A DNA stretch of 64,000 nucleotides from a bacterium (GTDB lineage Bacteria; SM23-31): contig OZ244870.1 in the NCBI GenBank assembly GCA_965221205.1, positions 1,038,065 through 1,102,064 of the forward strand. The letters run 5' to 3'. Positions within the stretch are counted from its first letter, which is position 1, and each line of letters opens with the position of its first letter. Below, piece after piece: positions 31,719-42,241 of this stretch. The notes below the pieces were generated by a model. That model did no database searches. It was given only the letters and a program-made list of their open reading frames with translations, and had not been told where the DNA came from. The translations under genes were made by a program, and so were the position numbers.

Positions 31719-33597
31719 AACTTATTTATTACATAGTACGACAACAAATAATCGATGATACCAGAATTAAATTCCTTGTGGGGCAAAGATAAATTTTATA
31801 AATTTGAATATTGTGTAGAATCTATTGAGTAACTTATTGGCAAGCTACATATCAATTATGACAAGGAATACTTTATGACGAACGAGCTCACTTTTAGACT
31901 TCGTTGTCTCTGGGCAGTTTGCGCACTAAAATGGTGGTGACATTTAATTTTTCCTAAAAGCATCACAATTTCTGATATACCATGGAAACCATTGGAAGGC
32001 TATTCCAAATTCTAAGCGAAAAAATAGTAAATTCCCTTTTAACGGTAGTTACCCTCATAAAATGATCCACTGATTAACGTTATACAATATTGACCATAGT
32101 TGCCGGGAGTATGTACATTAAATTTGGCATCACAGAATAGCAACAATATCTTAATACATTTAAATCATATCTATTTTTCTCAAAGAACCTCAGAGTTTTC
32201 ATACTACAAAGAGAGATCAATAAATTGAATATCGTTTTTTCAATTTTACATAGAACAATTGGGAGGATATATCATATAAATCATCTCTTTTTTCGCAGTC
32301 AAGACCCCGTTCATAGGCAGTTTCCGAATCATACGTATAAAGCGATTTGAAATGATACCTGTTACTCCGTATCCGAAATAGTATCTTAATTCTTTTTTTG
32401 TCTGCTTCGCTCTTCAGAAACCGGATCGATTATCCCATGCTTTTCACAAAAAATAGAAAATGAGAGTACTGCTGCAAGAACGAGACTCCTCCCGATACTG
32501 CCAATTTTTTTAAAGTAACCTATGGACTGTTTCAAAAGGTCCTGAGCGAAGAAGACCGTGACCGCCTCAAGCAGGACCAGGTTCCCAATCGTCATGCCGC
32601 CATACACGGCTTGGTGGTCTATTCCTCACCGCAGAACAGTTTGAATGCGATTTTCATAGCCGATTACATTTTTCGGATTGTTACTCCCGCCATGTTCCCT
32701 CCATCACCTCGGCAATGATGCTCCCGCACCGATCAGCATTGCATAAAGATATCGCCAATCGAATCTCTCCTGCAATACCGATTTGCAACTCCTGAACCCT
32801 TGAAAGCCTGTCCGGGGCTGGAGGGTTGCGTAACCGCTCCTTTGTGCAACCCCTCCCCGGACGGGAAGCAAAACTGAGGTAATCTGTAAGGCCATGAAGA
32901 ATCCGGGATGTTATCACCACTTGCGCGTGGACTGGGTAGGAAAGTCGTCCACCCAGTCGATCGCGCTGTGCGGCGTCGAGGGTGAAGACATCGGGGCAGG
33001 ACAGGCACTCTGCCCCGACTGCTGTGGGTTGGGACCGGAGAGCCTACGCGAGTTATTTGACAAGCTCCGGGTGACAGCCCTTCCGCGGTAAAAGCGAAGA
33101 TGGAGGTGCTTCGAAGTCTGGGGGTGCAGGTGGATATGCAGGATCGGTCGCAATTCAACTAAAAGAGTGTCTCTACGGCCCTAGGAGGCCCTGCTTACCT
33201 CCTAAAAGCCCCTCTTTTTCTGTGTTTCCGATTTCTCTGGTTTCTACTTCCTGTTCTTCCACAGAAGTAGTCGAGGTTTTGCGCGAGTTGAAGAAGATTA
33301 AGCTGGCCTGGCCGAAGCTGAACTACGCGACGGCTTCGGGCGTCTTGATTCTGCATCCCTTGACACCGATCATCGCGCCGTTAGATCAAGGCCAGCTAGG
33401 CCGGCGGCCGCTCATCTCCCCGTTTTCAACGCAGGGATCGCCCCTGACGCCTCCGTACCCGATTCATCTTTAGATGATTTCGGCCGGCATCGTCACGAAA
33501 TTCTTCTCGGTATATCGGGATACAGGGCATGGACCTATGTCGTTGCGATCGAACCACATCGCGTTCTGCAACCATACTGTCGTCGACCGCTCGGCTT

Positions 33598-36411
33598 TCA
33601 AGCGCCGCCAATGCCCGCGTGGCGTGAAAGAATGCTCTGAATATCACCGGGGGCTCTCGATATATCCCCTGCCCAGCGGCCAAAGCCGCCATGCGCGTTG
33701 ACGGCGGTGATCCATTCGTCGAGAAACCGGCGTTTGGTTCGGTCCTGTTCGCTGTCCTGTCCCTTGGTTTCCAACACGAGTATGTCGCCGGACCTGAACC
33801 GGATGAGGAAGTCGGGACGGTACTTCCGCACCACGCCGCGATGGACGTAGAACACTTCGAAGCCCAGGTGATCGTTTTTCACCCAGGCGGCGACCTCGGG
33901 GGCGTGATCGAGGGCAAAGGCTTCCGACGATTCCCAGGTGCTGTCATAGACGCAGAAATTGATATGGCTGCGCGCCGTGGGCTCGCAGGGCCTGCCGGTG
34001 TACCATGTCCCCATGTCGCCGGTTGAACGGATGGGCCGGTCCCGGTCGAACACCGGCTCCAGACTCTCGGTGTTCTCGAAGCGGATGGCTTCCCAGATAT
34101 GCTGGACCACCTTGGTCATGTTGAGCGTGATGATGAGACGGCGCTTGAGATCGTCGCGGAGGAATAGTGCAGGCGTGATGCTGATTCTGTCCGAACGGAT
34201 GAATTGATCGACCAGCCGTACCAGTTGGGCCAGCAGGAATGCTTTGCCTCCCCGCCAGTTCTTTTGCATTTGGTCGTAAACGTCCCGCGCGGTCTCAAAG
34301 ATAATCCGCTGTGTCCGAAACTCCCGCGCCAGATTCTCCAAGTCTATAGCCTCGATCTTCGTCACGTCCGGTTTGCCGGCGACGATTGGGGCAAGCTCCG
34401 CGATTCTTACGGTCCTGCCAACATCGAGTTCCAGGCTTGCCACCTTGTTCCAATCCAGGGAGAGCTGCGGTCGGTATACGTGGTCGATGCGGATCACGTT
34501 CGGCCAAGAGATTTCGAAAGCCGCTTTGCCCGTTACCGGCTCAATAGCGGTCTTTGGCGTTGGCGGCGGTGGAGGGCCGCTCTCTCCACCTTCGTGGGGC
34601 AGAAAAGTGAAGGGCACGCCGAAAATATTGACGTACTCCGGCTCGAACAAACCGTTGTTCGGGTTCACATCGTAAGATGTGCGGCGCAGGCCGCGTCCGA
34701 CGACCTGTTCACAGAGAAGCTGGCTGGTGAACGCGCGGAGGCCCATGATGTGTGTCACGGTCTTGGCGTCCCATCCCTCGGAAAGCATCCCGACGGAGAT
34801 CACATTCTGGATCAGCTCGCCCGTTTTCCCAGGTTGGCCCACGGTGTTCACCTGCGAGCGCAGCAGCTCGGCTTGCTGTTTTTTGGTTAGCTTGCGTGAG
34901 GGGCCGCCGTTCGCAGCTTCTTCGCTCTCGCCAGCGCCGATCTCCGCGATCGGCTCCTCGGCGGCCTCGGCCGCGTCAAGTACCCTTGAGTCGATATGAA
35001 GGGTTCGCGCCGGGTCGCAAAGCTCGCTGATACGGACTCTGCTGTGGTCGAATGCGTACTTGATCCGGGCTGCGGTCTCGGTGCGATTGGCGACGGTGAT
35101 CATCACTGGCGGGGTTTTGGACCCGTCCTTTCTCCATTGCTTAGATGTCTCGCGCCAGTCGAAGCCGAGAAGGCAGTAGCCATTGACCACCAGGTCCGGC
35201 AGCGGTTCTTCGGGCTTGGCCCGCCGGTTTAAGTCGTCCTTGACCTCGGCATCGTTGTAGATGTGGTAGAGGCGGGATTTGTAGGTCGTGACGTCAGGTA
35301 CCGCATCGTCGCGAATCACGACGCGTGGGGTCTTGACCAAACCGGACTCGATGGCGTCGTTCAGGCCGAAGTCGCTCACGATCCAGCCGAACAGCGCCTC
35401 CTCGGAACTCCGTTTACCCGATGGCGCGAAGGGCGTGGCGGAGAAGTCGCAGCAAGCGAGAATGCCCCGCGCCCTGTCGATCCGATCCAGGCCGCCAACC
35501 CACTTGGTCGCTTCCTCGATTTCATCCCTGGCAACACCTTTGACCTTGGATTCGGCGGGAACGCGCCAGGCGTGATGCGCTTCGTCATTGATGACAAGAA
35601 TGTTCCGGGCGTTCGCCAAGTCGCCCAGAACCTCGCGGACATAGGCTTCGTCGCTCTTGGATCTCCGTTTATCTACGCTGCGTTTTCCGGCAATCCTCTC
35701 ATCGGTCTCCCAATTGAGTGCGTGCCAGTTGCGGACCACGACCTTGCCTTGGCGCAGCTTGTCGAACAGGGACGACGGAACGACGTGGAAAGCTTTGTAG
35801 TAGTTCTCCGCATGAGACGGTTCCAAGACGGCCAGACGGTTCTTGACCGTGAGTCCCGGAGCGATAACCAGCACGTTTCGGGCGAATCGCGCATCCTGGG
35901 AATAGGTGACCTTGTTCAGGATATGCCAGGCGATGACCATGGCCATGACGACGGTCTTGCCCGAGCCGGTCGCCATCTTTGCGCACAACCGCCCAATCGG
36001 CCCGCCATCGGAAGGGATGTCAACGCCAATTTTCTCGGCCGCTGACGCTTCGGCAAGCCAGATCAGCGTCTCGACAGCCTCCAGTTGGCAGAAGAAAAAT
36101 CGACGGTTATCGAACTCCTCCGGGTTCGTCCAGTGCTCCAACAGCCGCTTCGTAATTCCCGTGACACCCGGATACCCGGCTCCACGCCACGCCCGTACAC
36201 GCGGACGAATCCGGTTGACCAGGGGAATCTCGACGAAATGGCCCGGATCATCGAACGATCGGGAGCCCTCCGAGGCAATGACGTATCCGGCCGGCCGGCG
36301 GCCTTGCGCACGGTCGAAAAGGCGCGTCTGGCGGTCGTAGCTCCAGTGTTGGCCCGGCTCCTCGTAGGGAGAGTTGATAATCAGGCGATCGATGGTTGTT
36401 TGCGCCATCAT
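33598..36411 (-). CDS. res: Type III restriction enzyme Res subunit
   Basis: Walker A ATGSGKTVV, DEAH box VINDEAHH, helicase C-terminal motifs; start ATG 36411 (MMAQTTIDRLIINSPYEEP) overlaps the hepT stop (ATGA); inside the GC-rich island. Confidence 0.85.
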   Translation of the reverse strand: MMAQTTIDRLIINSPYEEPGQHWSYDRQTRLFDRAQGRRPAGYVIASEGSRSFDDPGHFVEIPLVNRIRPRVRAWRGAGYPGVTGITKRLLEHWTNPEEFDNRRFFFCQLEAVETLIWLAEASAAEKIGVDIPSDGGPIGRLCAKMATGSGKTVVMAMVIAWHILNKVTYSQDARFARNVLVIAPGLTVKNRLAVLEPSHAENYYKAFHVVPSSLFDKLRQGKVVVRNWHALNWETDERIAGKRSVDKRRSKSDEAYVREVLGDLANARNILVINDEAHHAWRVPAESKVKGVARDEIEEATKWVGGLDRIDRARGILACCDFSATPFAPSGKRSSEEALFGWIVSDFGLNDAIESGLVKTPRVVIRDDAVPDVTTYKSRLYHIYNDAEVKDDLNRRAKPEEPLPDLVVNGYCLLGFDWRETSKQWRKDGSKTPPVMITVANRTETAARIKYAFDHSRVRISELCDPARTLHIDSRVLDAAEAAEEPIAEIGAGESEEAANGGPSRKLTKKQQAELLRSQVNTVGQPGKTGELIQNVISVGMLSEGWDAKTVTHIMGLRAFTSQLLCEQVVGRGLRRTSYDVNPNNGLFEPEYVNIFGVPFTFLPHEGGESGPPPPPTPKTAIEPVTGKAAFEISWPNVIRIDHVYRPQLSLDWNKVASLELDVGRTVRIAELAPIVAGKPDVTKIEAIDLENLAREFRTQRIIFETARDVYDQMQKNWRGGKAFLLAQLVRLVDQFIRSDRISITPALFLRDDLKRRLIITLNMTKVVQHIWEAIRFENTESLEPVFDRDRPIRSTGDMGTWYTGRPCEPTARSHINFCVYDSTWESSEAFALDHAPEVAAWVKNDHLGFEVFYVHRGVVRKYRPDFLIRFRSGDILVLETKGQDSEQDRTKRRFLDEWITAVNAHGGFGRWAGDISRAPGDIQSILSRHAGIGGA

Positions 36412-36602
36412 GCAGTCTCCGGTAGCACCAGCGGTTCGATGAGGTTGATGAGACGGGGAATGTCCTGTTGTGCGGTCTTCCACACATGCTTCAGGTCAAC
36501 CTCGAAATAGGCGTGTACGAGGCGATGTCGCATCCCAGCGAACTCCACCGCACCCCGCGCTGCCAGCAGCATGTCGAGCAGACAGGCATCGTCATGCCGC
36601 AT
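36408..36602 (-). CDS. HEPN-domain toxin (HepT/DUF86-like), short form
   Basis: R-x4-H-x-Y motif in GMRHRLVHAYFEVDLKHVW; start overlaps the mntA stop. Confidence 0.55.
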   Translation of the reverse strand: MRHDDACLLDMLLAARGAVEFAGMRHRLVHAYFEVDLKHVWKTAQQDIPRLINLIEPLVLPETA

Positions 36603-36903
36603 AGATCGTCTCGGCGGATTGGAGGATTGCGGCACGGCGAATGTAGTTTCGGCTCTGTTCGACCGCCGTGCGTTCGAACAGGTCTACCTCCCGGCCGAGT
36701 ATCCGAGCCAGATCGGCCTGCATTCGCGCCATGTCCAGAAGTGTGTGGCGCGCTTGTTGCTCGAAACGCACCAGTACATCCACATCGCTTTCCGGTCCGA
36801 AGTCGTCCCGTAGCACGGAACCGAACAGCGACAGTTCGACGATCCGCCAGCGTTTACAAAAGTCGGCTATCTCGTCTCGCGGTGTGTCGATATGTACACT
36901 CAT
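36592..36903 (-). CDS. Nucleotidyltransferase (MntA-type antitoxin)
   Basis: GS-x9-DxD motif LFGSVLRDDFGPESDVDVLV; start taken at internal ATG 36903 immediately after the upstream stop at 36906-36908. Confidence 0.7.
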   Translation of the reverse strand: MSVHIDTPRDEIADFCKRWRIVELSLFGSVLRDDFGPESDVDVLVRFEQQARHTLLDMARMQADLARILGREVDLFERTAVEQSRNYIRRAAILQSAETIYAA

Positions 36904-36905
36904 GC

Positions 36906-37748
36906 CTATAACACTTGGTTCGCGTCGACATTGAAGCCGACACTCTTTAGCTCCCGAATAAGTCTTAGCTTCCAACCATCCGAGCCGTCCAACGGAATGT
37001 AAATGACTCCATCATAGTCCGAGGGCGTCTCTACGTTACCTTTCACCAAAGTGCAGACTCGCTCTCGACCGAGTTTGCCAATGAAGTACCCGAATTCGAA
37101 AATCACGTTCTGTCTCGCCCGTGGCTTTTGATTCTTCTTGTCGTCCGCAAGCGCGCCCACGTCGTCCGGGGTCAGCAGGACCACCGCGAACCCAACTTGC
37201 GCATGTTCCTCAAACTTCTCGATGATCGTGCGGCCCTTATTCGGTTGTTCGTGCAGGATTACCGGTTCAAGATCCAGCCTTTCTAGGAATCTTGCAACCG
37301 TTCTCCGAGCAGATTCGTCGTGGCCATGGATGACGAAAACTCTGTTACTGCTCGATCGTTTGTCGATTCGTTCCGAGTCAAGCGCTGAAATGTCACTTTG
37401 ATCTATGGGTTGCGTTGGCGTCTGGTTTTCATCAGACCAATACTCCTCGATCTCCTCGATCATGGATTCGAGTACTGCGGCCGCTGATTCCAAGCCTTTC
37501 ACATAAACTTCCTGGCGTTCTGACTCAGGCGGCTCAAAGTAGGCAGGGGCAGGAGAAAAACGGATATTTTTGAAGTCTCCAATGTGGGCCGACTTGCTCT
37601 CAAACGTGTTGGTGATAGCGACCTCTGTGTTTCTTTGCCACTTATCAAACTCAGGTGAGCGGTACTTTAGGTTTTTTAATTTGGGTATTGCATCCAATGC
37701 TCTCCGCAGGCGCTCCAGACCCTTGGCTTTTATTGGTCGCGCCATCAC
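36906..37748 (-). CDS. TIR-like nucleotide-binding protein (COG4271/PF10137-like C-terminal domain) with unknown N-terminal domain
   Basis: C-terminal block RVFVIHGHD..FAVVLLTPDD..ARQNVIFEFGYFIGKLGRERV..PSDYDGVIY matches the TIR-like family pattern recalled from memory; start overlaps the Mod stop. Confidence 0.6.
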   Translation of the reverse strand: MMARPIKAKGLERLRRALDAIPKLKNLKYRSPEFDKWQRNTEVAITNTFESKSAHIGDFKNIRFSPAPAYFEPPESERQEVYVKGLESAAAVLESMIEEIEEYWSDENQTPTQPIDQSDISALDSERIDKRSSSNRVFVIHGHDESARRTVARFLERLDLEPVILHEQPNKGRTIIEKFEEHAQVGFAVVLLTPDDVGALADDKKNQKPRARQNVIFEFGYFIGKLGRERVCTLVKGNVETPSDYDGVIYIPLDGSDGWKLRLIRELKSVGFNVDANQVL

Positions 37749-40133
37749 TCCACCTCCACCACTTTTAAGCTCTCGATGCCGCGGTCGTCGACGATCTTGA
37801 CGGTGATGCGCCGGTGTCCGCCGACTTCGAAGGGGAGGGAGGACGTCCCGCGATAGGCCTCAACCAGGTCTGTGTCGATCTCGGCCTTGAGATTCCGGGC
37901 GAGTTTTGCCCAGCCGTCCCTGCTGCCCGCCATGGGAAAAAACACCTGGCGGGGAAACAGGCTGCGCCCGTCATAGTCCGGATCGAGCATCCACATAGCG
38001 ATCTTGTCCGAGCCGCCCGATTCCACGTTGCCGGTCTTGGTGTTGTAATAGTCGAATCCTTGGACCGAGACGCGGAACTTGCCCTGGTCTTCGCCTTCCT
38101 TGATCCGCTCGACTTCCATGTCCGGCTGGCCGATCAGCCAGAAGCTCTCGTTGCTTGTCCGCTTCTTCTTGAGGTCGTCGGTCAGCAAATCGGCGTTCAT
38201 CTGCACTTTTAACAAGGTGGCGCCAGGCCAGCGGGTTTCGTCGATGTCCTTGGGACGCTTCGGGATCGAACTGGAAGGCCGCAAAGACGATAACCTTGGG
38301 TCGTGGGGCAAGACTTTGTGCCTCCTCGATGGCGCGTGCCACCTGCCGCTGCTCCAGCGGTGCATGATCCGGCCCAAACGAGACCACGAGCCGTTCCGGA
38401 TTGCGGGTGGTAGCGGGGTCTTGAAAGCCGTCCGTCCCCGCATCGCCGGGCCGCGTCTCGCCCTCGGCGTGCAGCCATCGGGTTGCGGGCAGCGGTTCCA
38501 GCCGAGCAAATGAGATTCGCTGCCCGTCCTTGCCGCGAATGCCGGTCTTGAACAACTCGTCGCGCCAGTCGCCTTGGCGCACGGTCGGTCCAGTACGCGC
38601 CACGGAGGTGTCTGCCGGCAGTGCCTCGGACTCTTCGATGTCGTCCAGGGGCTTCACCGTTGGCGCGGGAACCGCTTCCACGGTGAACGGTCCGGTGACA
38701 CGGGCTTTGCGCCGGTTGATCTCCGGTTGATCGTAGAGCGTGGTCTCGTTGGGCGGTTCGTCATAGCCCAAAGTCTTCGCCGATACGGTGGCGACGCTGT
38801 GGTAACGAAAACCGGCCCCAACTCCTTCGTCAGGATGGGCCAGTTTGTAGTAGTGATAGTTCGCCGTCATGAGGCGCTGCTTGGCCAAGACTGTCGCGAC
38901 GCGCGATGTGTCGCAGGTGATCCATCTTCTGCCCCATTGCTCGGCGACGTGGGCAGTGGTACCGCTGCCGCAGGTTGGGTCAAAGACCAAATCGCCCGGA
39001 TCGGTGGTCATCAGGATGCAGCGCTGAATCGCCTTGTTAGCGGTCTGGACCACATAGTGCTTGGCACTGGGCGACATTGGTGCTGCCCAGATGTTGTTGA
39101 TTGGTCTCCCCGGAACCTCATCTTCATACCGTTTCCACATCAGTGACGTCTGGTTCCCCAGGGCTTCCAACCGACCTAGTTCGGCGAGTCGGTCTATTCC
39201 CTCTTTGGAAATGCGCCATTGGCTGTCCCTGCTACAACGAAAGACGCGACCGTCATATTCATAGGGTTCGGAGCGCGCAACCGTGGAAACACCCTGCGAT
39301 TCAAGGGGCATACGGCGATAAATGCGCCCGCCCTCCGGCAAGTGCTTGTCTGGGTCGAAGCGTTCTTCGGGGGTGGGTTTACGGCACTGGCCGTCAGGCA
39401 GTTCGACACTCACATATGAACTGAAAAACTCGATCACCTCGGCCCGCGTGAGCGACTCATACAATTGCCGGTATTTCACAAGCCCTCGGTCTCTGGCATA
39501 CCACAACAGATAATCCGCAACTTGGGGCAAGGTCTTAGCAGGACTGTTGCCGGTGGTCGCGTAGGAAATGGTTGCCATCCGGTTCTCTGCGCCGAAGATG
39601 TCGTCCATGACTAGGCCGACGCGGTGGATATTTTCGTCGCCGATCTGCACGAAGACACTGCCGCTCTCATGCAGCAGCTCGCGCGCCAACAGCAGGCGGT
39701 CGCGCAGATAGGCGAGATACGAATGGATGCCGAGTTCCCAGGTATCGCGGAAGGCGCGGATCGTCTCCGGCTCCTGGGTCAGGTCCTCGTCCCTGCCGTC
39801 GGTCACGGTGCGCTGGTTGACGAATGGTTGGAAGTTCGAGCCGTAGCGGATGCCGTAGGGCGGGTCGATGCGCTCATGGACGTGCAGGGATACGGTGGGG
39901 ACTTCGAACGAGGTGTGCTCGTCCTTCCCGGCCCAGACGAGCTGCGGATCCAGGTGCGGATCGTAAGCGTAGGTTGTCTTGCCCGCATCCTTGTCGGTCT
40001 CCGGTGTCACCAATCCGACAGGCGGGTTGTTCACACGCTCCTTGCCAGTGTGCGTGTAGTTTTCAACCTCACGCTTTTTTCTGTTCTTCGGTCCCGCTAT
40101 GTCGTTCCCCTTAACTTCGGTCTCTGTCTCCAA
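37745..40133 (-). pseudogene. mod: Type III DNA methyltransferase Mod, apparent +1 frameshift near 38252
   Basis: ORF 37971-40133 carries DPPY, NIWAAP and FDPTCGSGTT motifs, then turns into Arg-rich nonsense after ..FQFDPEA; ORF 37745-38509 continues in another frame with a Mod-like C-terminus; junction at a GGG run (plus 38252-38254). Confidence 0.7.
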
Positions 40134-40172
40134 GAGAGTGGAGTGATTTCAACCTCACGTAATATATCTGCC

Positions 40173-40490
40173 TCAACTTTTGAGGGCACGGTCAGCATCA
40201 AGGTTTGTTATTTTTTTCATACGTCCACTCTCATCAAAGAATTTTCCAATATCATACGTAAGTGAGTTTTTCATTACCTTCAATACATCATCAGCCTGAA
40301 GTTCAACTCGTTCTTTTCGTTCCTCCGGAGCATTCGAAATGAAAGTTTGAATCAGAGATTTTCTCAGGTTTTCATAATCTATTTCACAAGAAGTTTTTTG
40401 CTATACCGAGAAGGCACGGCCGCTGCAGATGCATTAAGATCAACAAGACACTCTTTCACATTCACACACTGGACAATATACGTAGAATAA
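40173..40490 (-). pseudogene. Phage terminase small subunit (TerS-like) remnant, frameshifted
   Basis: Minus-strand frames read ..LVDLNASAAAVPSRYSKK then TSCEIDYENLRK..NAPEERKERVELQADDVLKVM..; frame switch at a T6 run (plus 40394-40399). Confidence 0.4.
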
Positions 40491-40595
40491 TTAAGTAAAT
40501 GAGGAAAATCAAGTAATTTATATTAATGTTGTATAGAGGGTTTATAATATTACTTAATTAAGTCAATGGTACTTAATTATTTGTTTAGATAAGTT

Positions 40596-42017
40596 CTAAA
40601 TCTTTCCACATATTTTCCACATATATTTATTATCTGTTTTGGGTAATGGTTTTTCATATCCTCTTTCCTGCAGCAATTTGTTGAGTGTTCTTTTTGTCAC
40701 TGAGTACTCATTGTTTTCATCACACCAATGTTTGTACTTTTCATAGACCATTTTAACCGGTGTCATTACACATGCAACATTTTTGCAACAGTCACTTAAA
40801 AAACTACCAATAACATCAGAATCTGAACGATATTCTTTTGTTGCATTTTCAACGGATGCTGGAATTATCACCTTCCACATATATAATAATCCCGGAATCC
40901 AGTTATCGCCCAATTCAGGATTCCAGGCAGCTCATTTCTGAATATGTTGAGCAATTCTGATTTAGGTCTTCGATTATTTTTTCGGAATTCCAACGGTAAA
41001 CGGGAGCTTACGCATTCTACGCCAGAAACCCTCAGTCGGTTGCGTGTACCCGTGGTTCATCATTTCCAAACATCCACAATTTATGTACTGGCTTAAATTC
41101 GAAAGTATATCGTTCCAAATGTGCCATTTCTTTGAACTATGGTTGTACCGTATTTGGTCGCCGAAATTGAATGCAAGAAAATCAGCGCTCCAAGTGTCAG
41201 TTGGTGAAAACTTGTCAGAATCATTCGTGGGTTTCAACGGCCGACCATTTTTCTTATCTTCAGGTTCTGGCTTCGGCTTATCGGACGGTTTCCAGAATGG
41301 AGTATCTCTGACGAGTTCGGTCAGCTGGTCTTTGGTATCACCTGCTTTTATCCAATCTGTGATGTCCTGCTTCGGCTGGCAGGTCCGGGAGTCTCAAAAT
41401 TATTATGTCTGCGGCAGATCTATGAAGTTTTAAGGCGATATCTTCGGAACGCAATCGTCCAGGGTCATCGTTATCCGGAATAATAACAACGTTAGCTTTA
41501 TGCAGCCAGGTAGAAAAGGCGGATTCCCAATTTCCGGCGCCACTGGAATTCGCCGCCGCGAACCCGAGAGATTCGAGCGTGTGTACATCCTTCTCGCCTT
41601 CGACTATGAATATAGACCTGCCTTTTTTAACAGCTTCCAATATCTGGGGGAGTCGGTATATAACATGCTTAACACCACGGATATTCCAGATCAACCCTCC
41701 GGGGCCATCAGGTTTTCTCAGTCTGAATTGTTTATCTTTCAGGCGGCACGCCTGGTACAATAAAGCGCCGTTTTCATCGATGTAATCATATGGTTTCTAT
41801 GATATTTGACTTTCTACATGTTCAGACCTATGGACTTAACTATATCTTCCGCAGGACAGCCTGCATGACAGCGCATGAGAACCTTACCTTCTTTGTCGGC
41901 AACGGATAAAGAGGGGGTCTTATCGTCATGGTATGGACAATGTGCTTGATAAGATCCGTTTGATTGTTGTTTTGGGTTTTTTAAGTGAGATAGTACATGG
42001 TCAATACACGCAGTCAT
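40596..42017 (-). pseudogene. Phage/plasmid DNA primase (CHC2 zinc finger + Toprim + C-terminal domain), fragmented
   Basis: Four ORF-track pieces: 41814-42017 (CPYHDDKTPSLSV..CHAGC), 41338-41760 (Toprim IFIVEGEKDV..VVIIPDNDDPG), 40974-41237 and 40596-40913, in frames 2/0/2/2. Confidence 0.6.
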
Positions 42018-42241
42018 TATTCCTAGTCCTTATTTTTATGTAAGTTTCGATCTATTTGTTGAGATACATATCACCTTGCAATAAGCTGCTGTATAAACAT
42101 TCTTGCATAATCATCCCTGTTTTGCTATATTACGGCGTAATTCAGCACCTCAGCATATCGCTTTGTAAAGTGTTGTTTTTATAAGTATATAGTGAATGTT
42201 ATAAGGCTGGATTTTACTACTTCATAACGGAGGATATATTC

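Noticed and set aside
33691-40265. Many long ORFs in alternative frames and on the plus strand inside the GC-rich island (for example 34204-34890, 35263-36045, 38574-39146, 39624-40265)
   Set aside because: Arg/Ala/Pro-rich low-complexity translations typical of stop-poor frames in high-GC DNA; all overlap well-supported minus-strand genes
41044-41433. Plus-strand ORF (129 aa) within the primase region
   Set aside because: Antisense to the recognisable Toprim-encoding frame; no family features
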